A stretch of 64,000 bases of DNA from the human T2T-CHM13v2.0 reference genome, Homo sapiens, in NCBI RefSeq assembly GCF_009914755.1, contig NC_060942.1. One strand, 5' to 3'. The translations under genes and the position numbers were made by a program. Below, piece after piece: positions 62,710 to 64,000 of this stretch. Position 1 is the stretch's first letter. Each line of letters begins with the position of its first letter. The notes beneath the pieces are model-generated. The model saw only the letters and a program-made list of their open reading frames with translations, made no database searches and had not been told where the DNA came from.

Positions 62710-64000
62710 GTAAAGTGAATGGTAATTCTTCTTAATCGACTCGGCTCGAGGAGCTTGTGGAATCCCTTTCCAGAAGCTTTACCATCACAGCTCTGTGACT
62801 GTCTCCCAGCAATACTGACTGCAGTCATGTGACCTGGCCCAGCCCAGGACTTCTCTCATTACAGCTGCCCCAGATTTGGGCCAATGTCCGTCTACTCTCC
62901 TGGTTTTACTGTAAATAAGTATATCCTGTGATGCTCTGTCTTTCCAGGCCATGTGGTATGAAAAGTCTTAACCTCAAAGGTTAAAAGACCCAGGTTCAAC
63001 TCCTGGCTCTGCTATTTACAAGCATGGAGCAAGTTTTGGACACATAGTGAGTTCCTGGCACACAGTGAGCACCCAAGATATAATATTTTCCCTCTTTTCA
63101 TCATTTAGTTAATTTCAAGCACTCCCAGATCAGATGTCCTGACCTGTCTGAAGATCAACAATGAGCCAGGAGGTGTGAGCTCAGGCTTCTGGCTTCGCCA
63201 GTCCTGACCAGTGGGGACCCATTCTTCTCTTGCTTTTCCCTCCTGTTCACAGCTCATCTTGCATTCCTTTCTCCAGCTTCTCAAGTCCAAATCTCATTTG
63301 GGGCTTGTAGCCTCTGATGGGAGCCCCTCTGTCTCTGGACCTTTTTGGGTGCACATATTCTCTCACAAGGCCCCCTACTCTTGCCAGTGTCCTTCGCATT
63401 CCTCTCGCCCCACTCCCATAGACCCCTCCACTGTCAGAGCTGTTCAGAAATACCCAGGGGAACAAGGGTGCTGCTGCCGGCTGCCAGTGAGGGCCAGCTC
63501 TGGGGCATCGCAACCTGTGGGCTGTTGCTATTACAGTAGGGCCTAAACCTCATGGAAAGACACAGCCATCCAAGCAGTCAACAAAGTGTTTAAAGTCTTA
63601 AAATGCTCTTGGAAAAAGAAAAGTTAGATTGTAATCACATGCAACTTATTAGGCCCTCAAGAGGTATGGATTCTGTTATGCCTCCGCTACATTTCCCACC
63701 CCTGCGACTCCAGTTCCCTTGTTCCAGCCTCAGAAGGAAGGGCCTAGGACACTTTACAGGGCTGGTGGGCACAGCTTGCAAAAATGGCTGTGGAGCCCAC
63801 GCACGCTCCACGATCCTACTTGTTATAATACTTGGCCTCGGGCTACCTTTGCTTTGTGCTATTCTGCAGGAAGAGTTTTATCGCTTTGACAAAAGTGTTA
63901 TTCTTTTATTTATAGTTTCCACAAAGTTAGTCAGACTCTGGGTAATAAATGATAACTGCTTGTGCATAGAAATCATGAGGAGCGTTTGCAGCCAGCTTCG

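Noticed and set aside
63211-63546. 111-aa GC-richer ORF near the window end
   Set aside because: No recognisable homology or convincing splice signals; does not continue the KATNAL2 peptide as I recall it.

Overview
Primate (human-like) genomic DNA matching the chr18q21 KATNAL2/ELOA2/ELOA3 locus. Bases 1-~39.5 kb are the end of a ~5.9-kb head-to-tail macrosatellite (units start at 1, 5875, 11790, 17705, 23620, 29537, 35452; only a few differences seen by eye). Each unit holds an intact, intronless, minus-strand 546-aa Elongin A3 ORF in a CpG island with a TATA/GC/CCAAT promoter, a truncated HSMAR2 mariner fossil, two Alus and two TG-rich tracts. At ~39.5 kb the array switches into one older, diverged unit of the same repeat carrying the 753-aa ELOA2 gene; homology ends at ~45.0 kb. 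The rest is AT-rich, Alu/L1-rich intron with three plus-strand KATNAL2 coding exons, so the cluster lies antisense inside a KATNAL2 intron. The ELOA3 tandem cluster itself is already known. The most interesting extra signals are DUX4-type motifs in the repeat units and ELOA2 promoter, strong GC/CpG gain in arrayed copies versus the solitary copy, both boundaries mapping to the mariner fossil, and copy-specific variants. All comparisons were made by eye; repeat subfamily calls are from memory and approximate.
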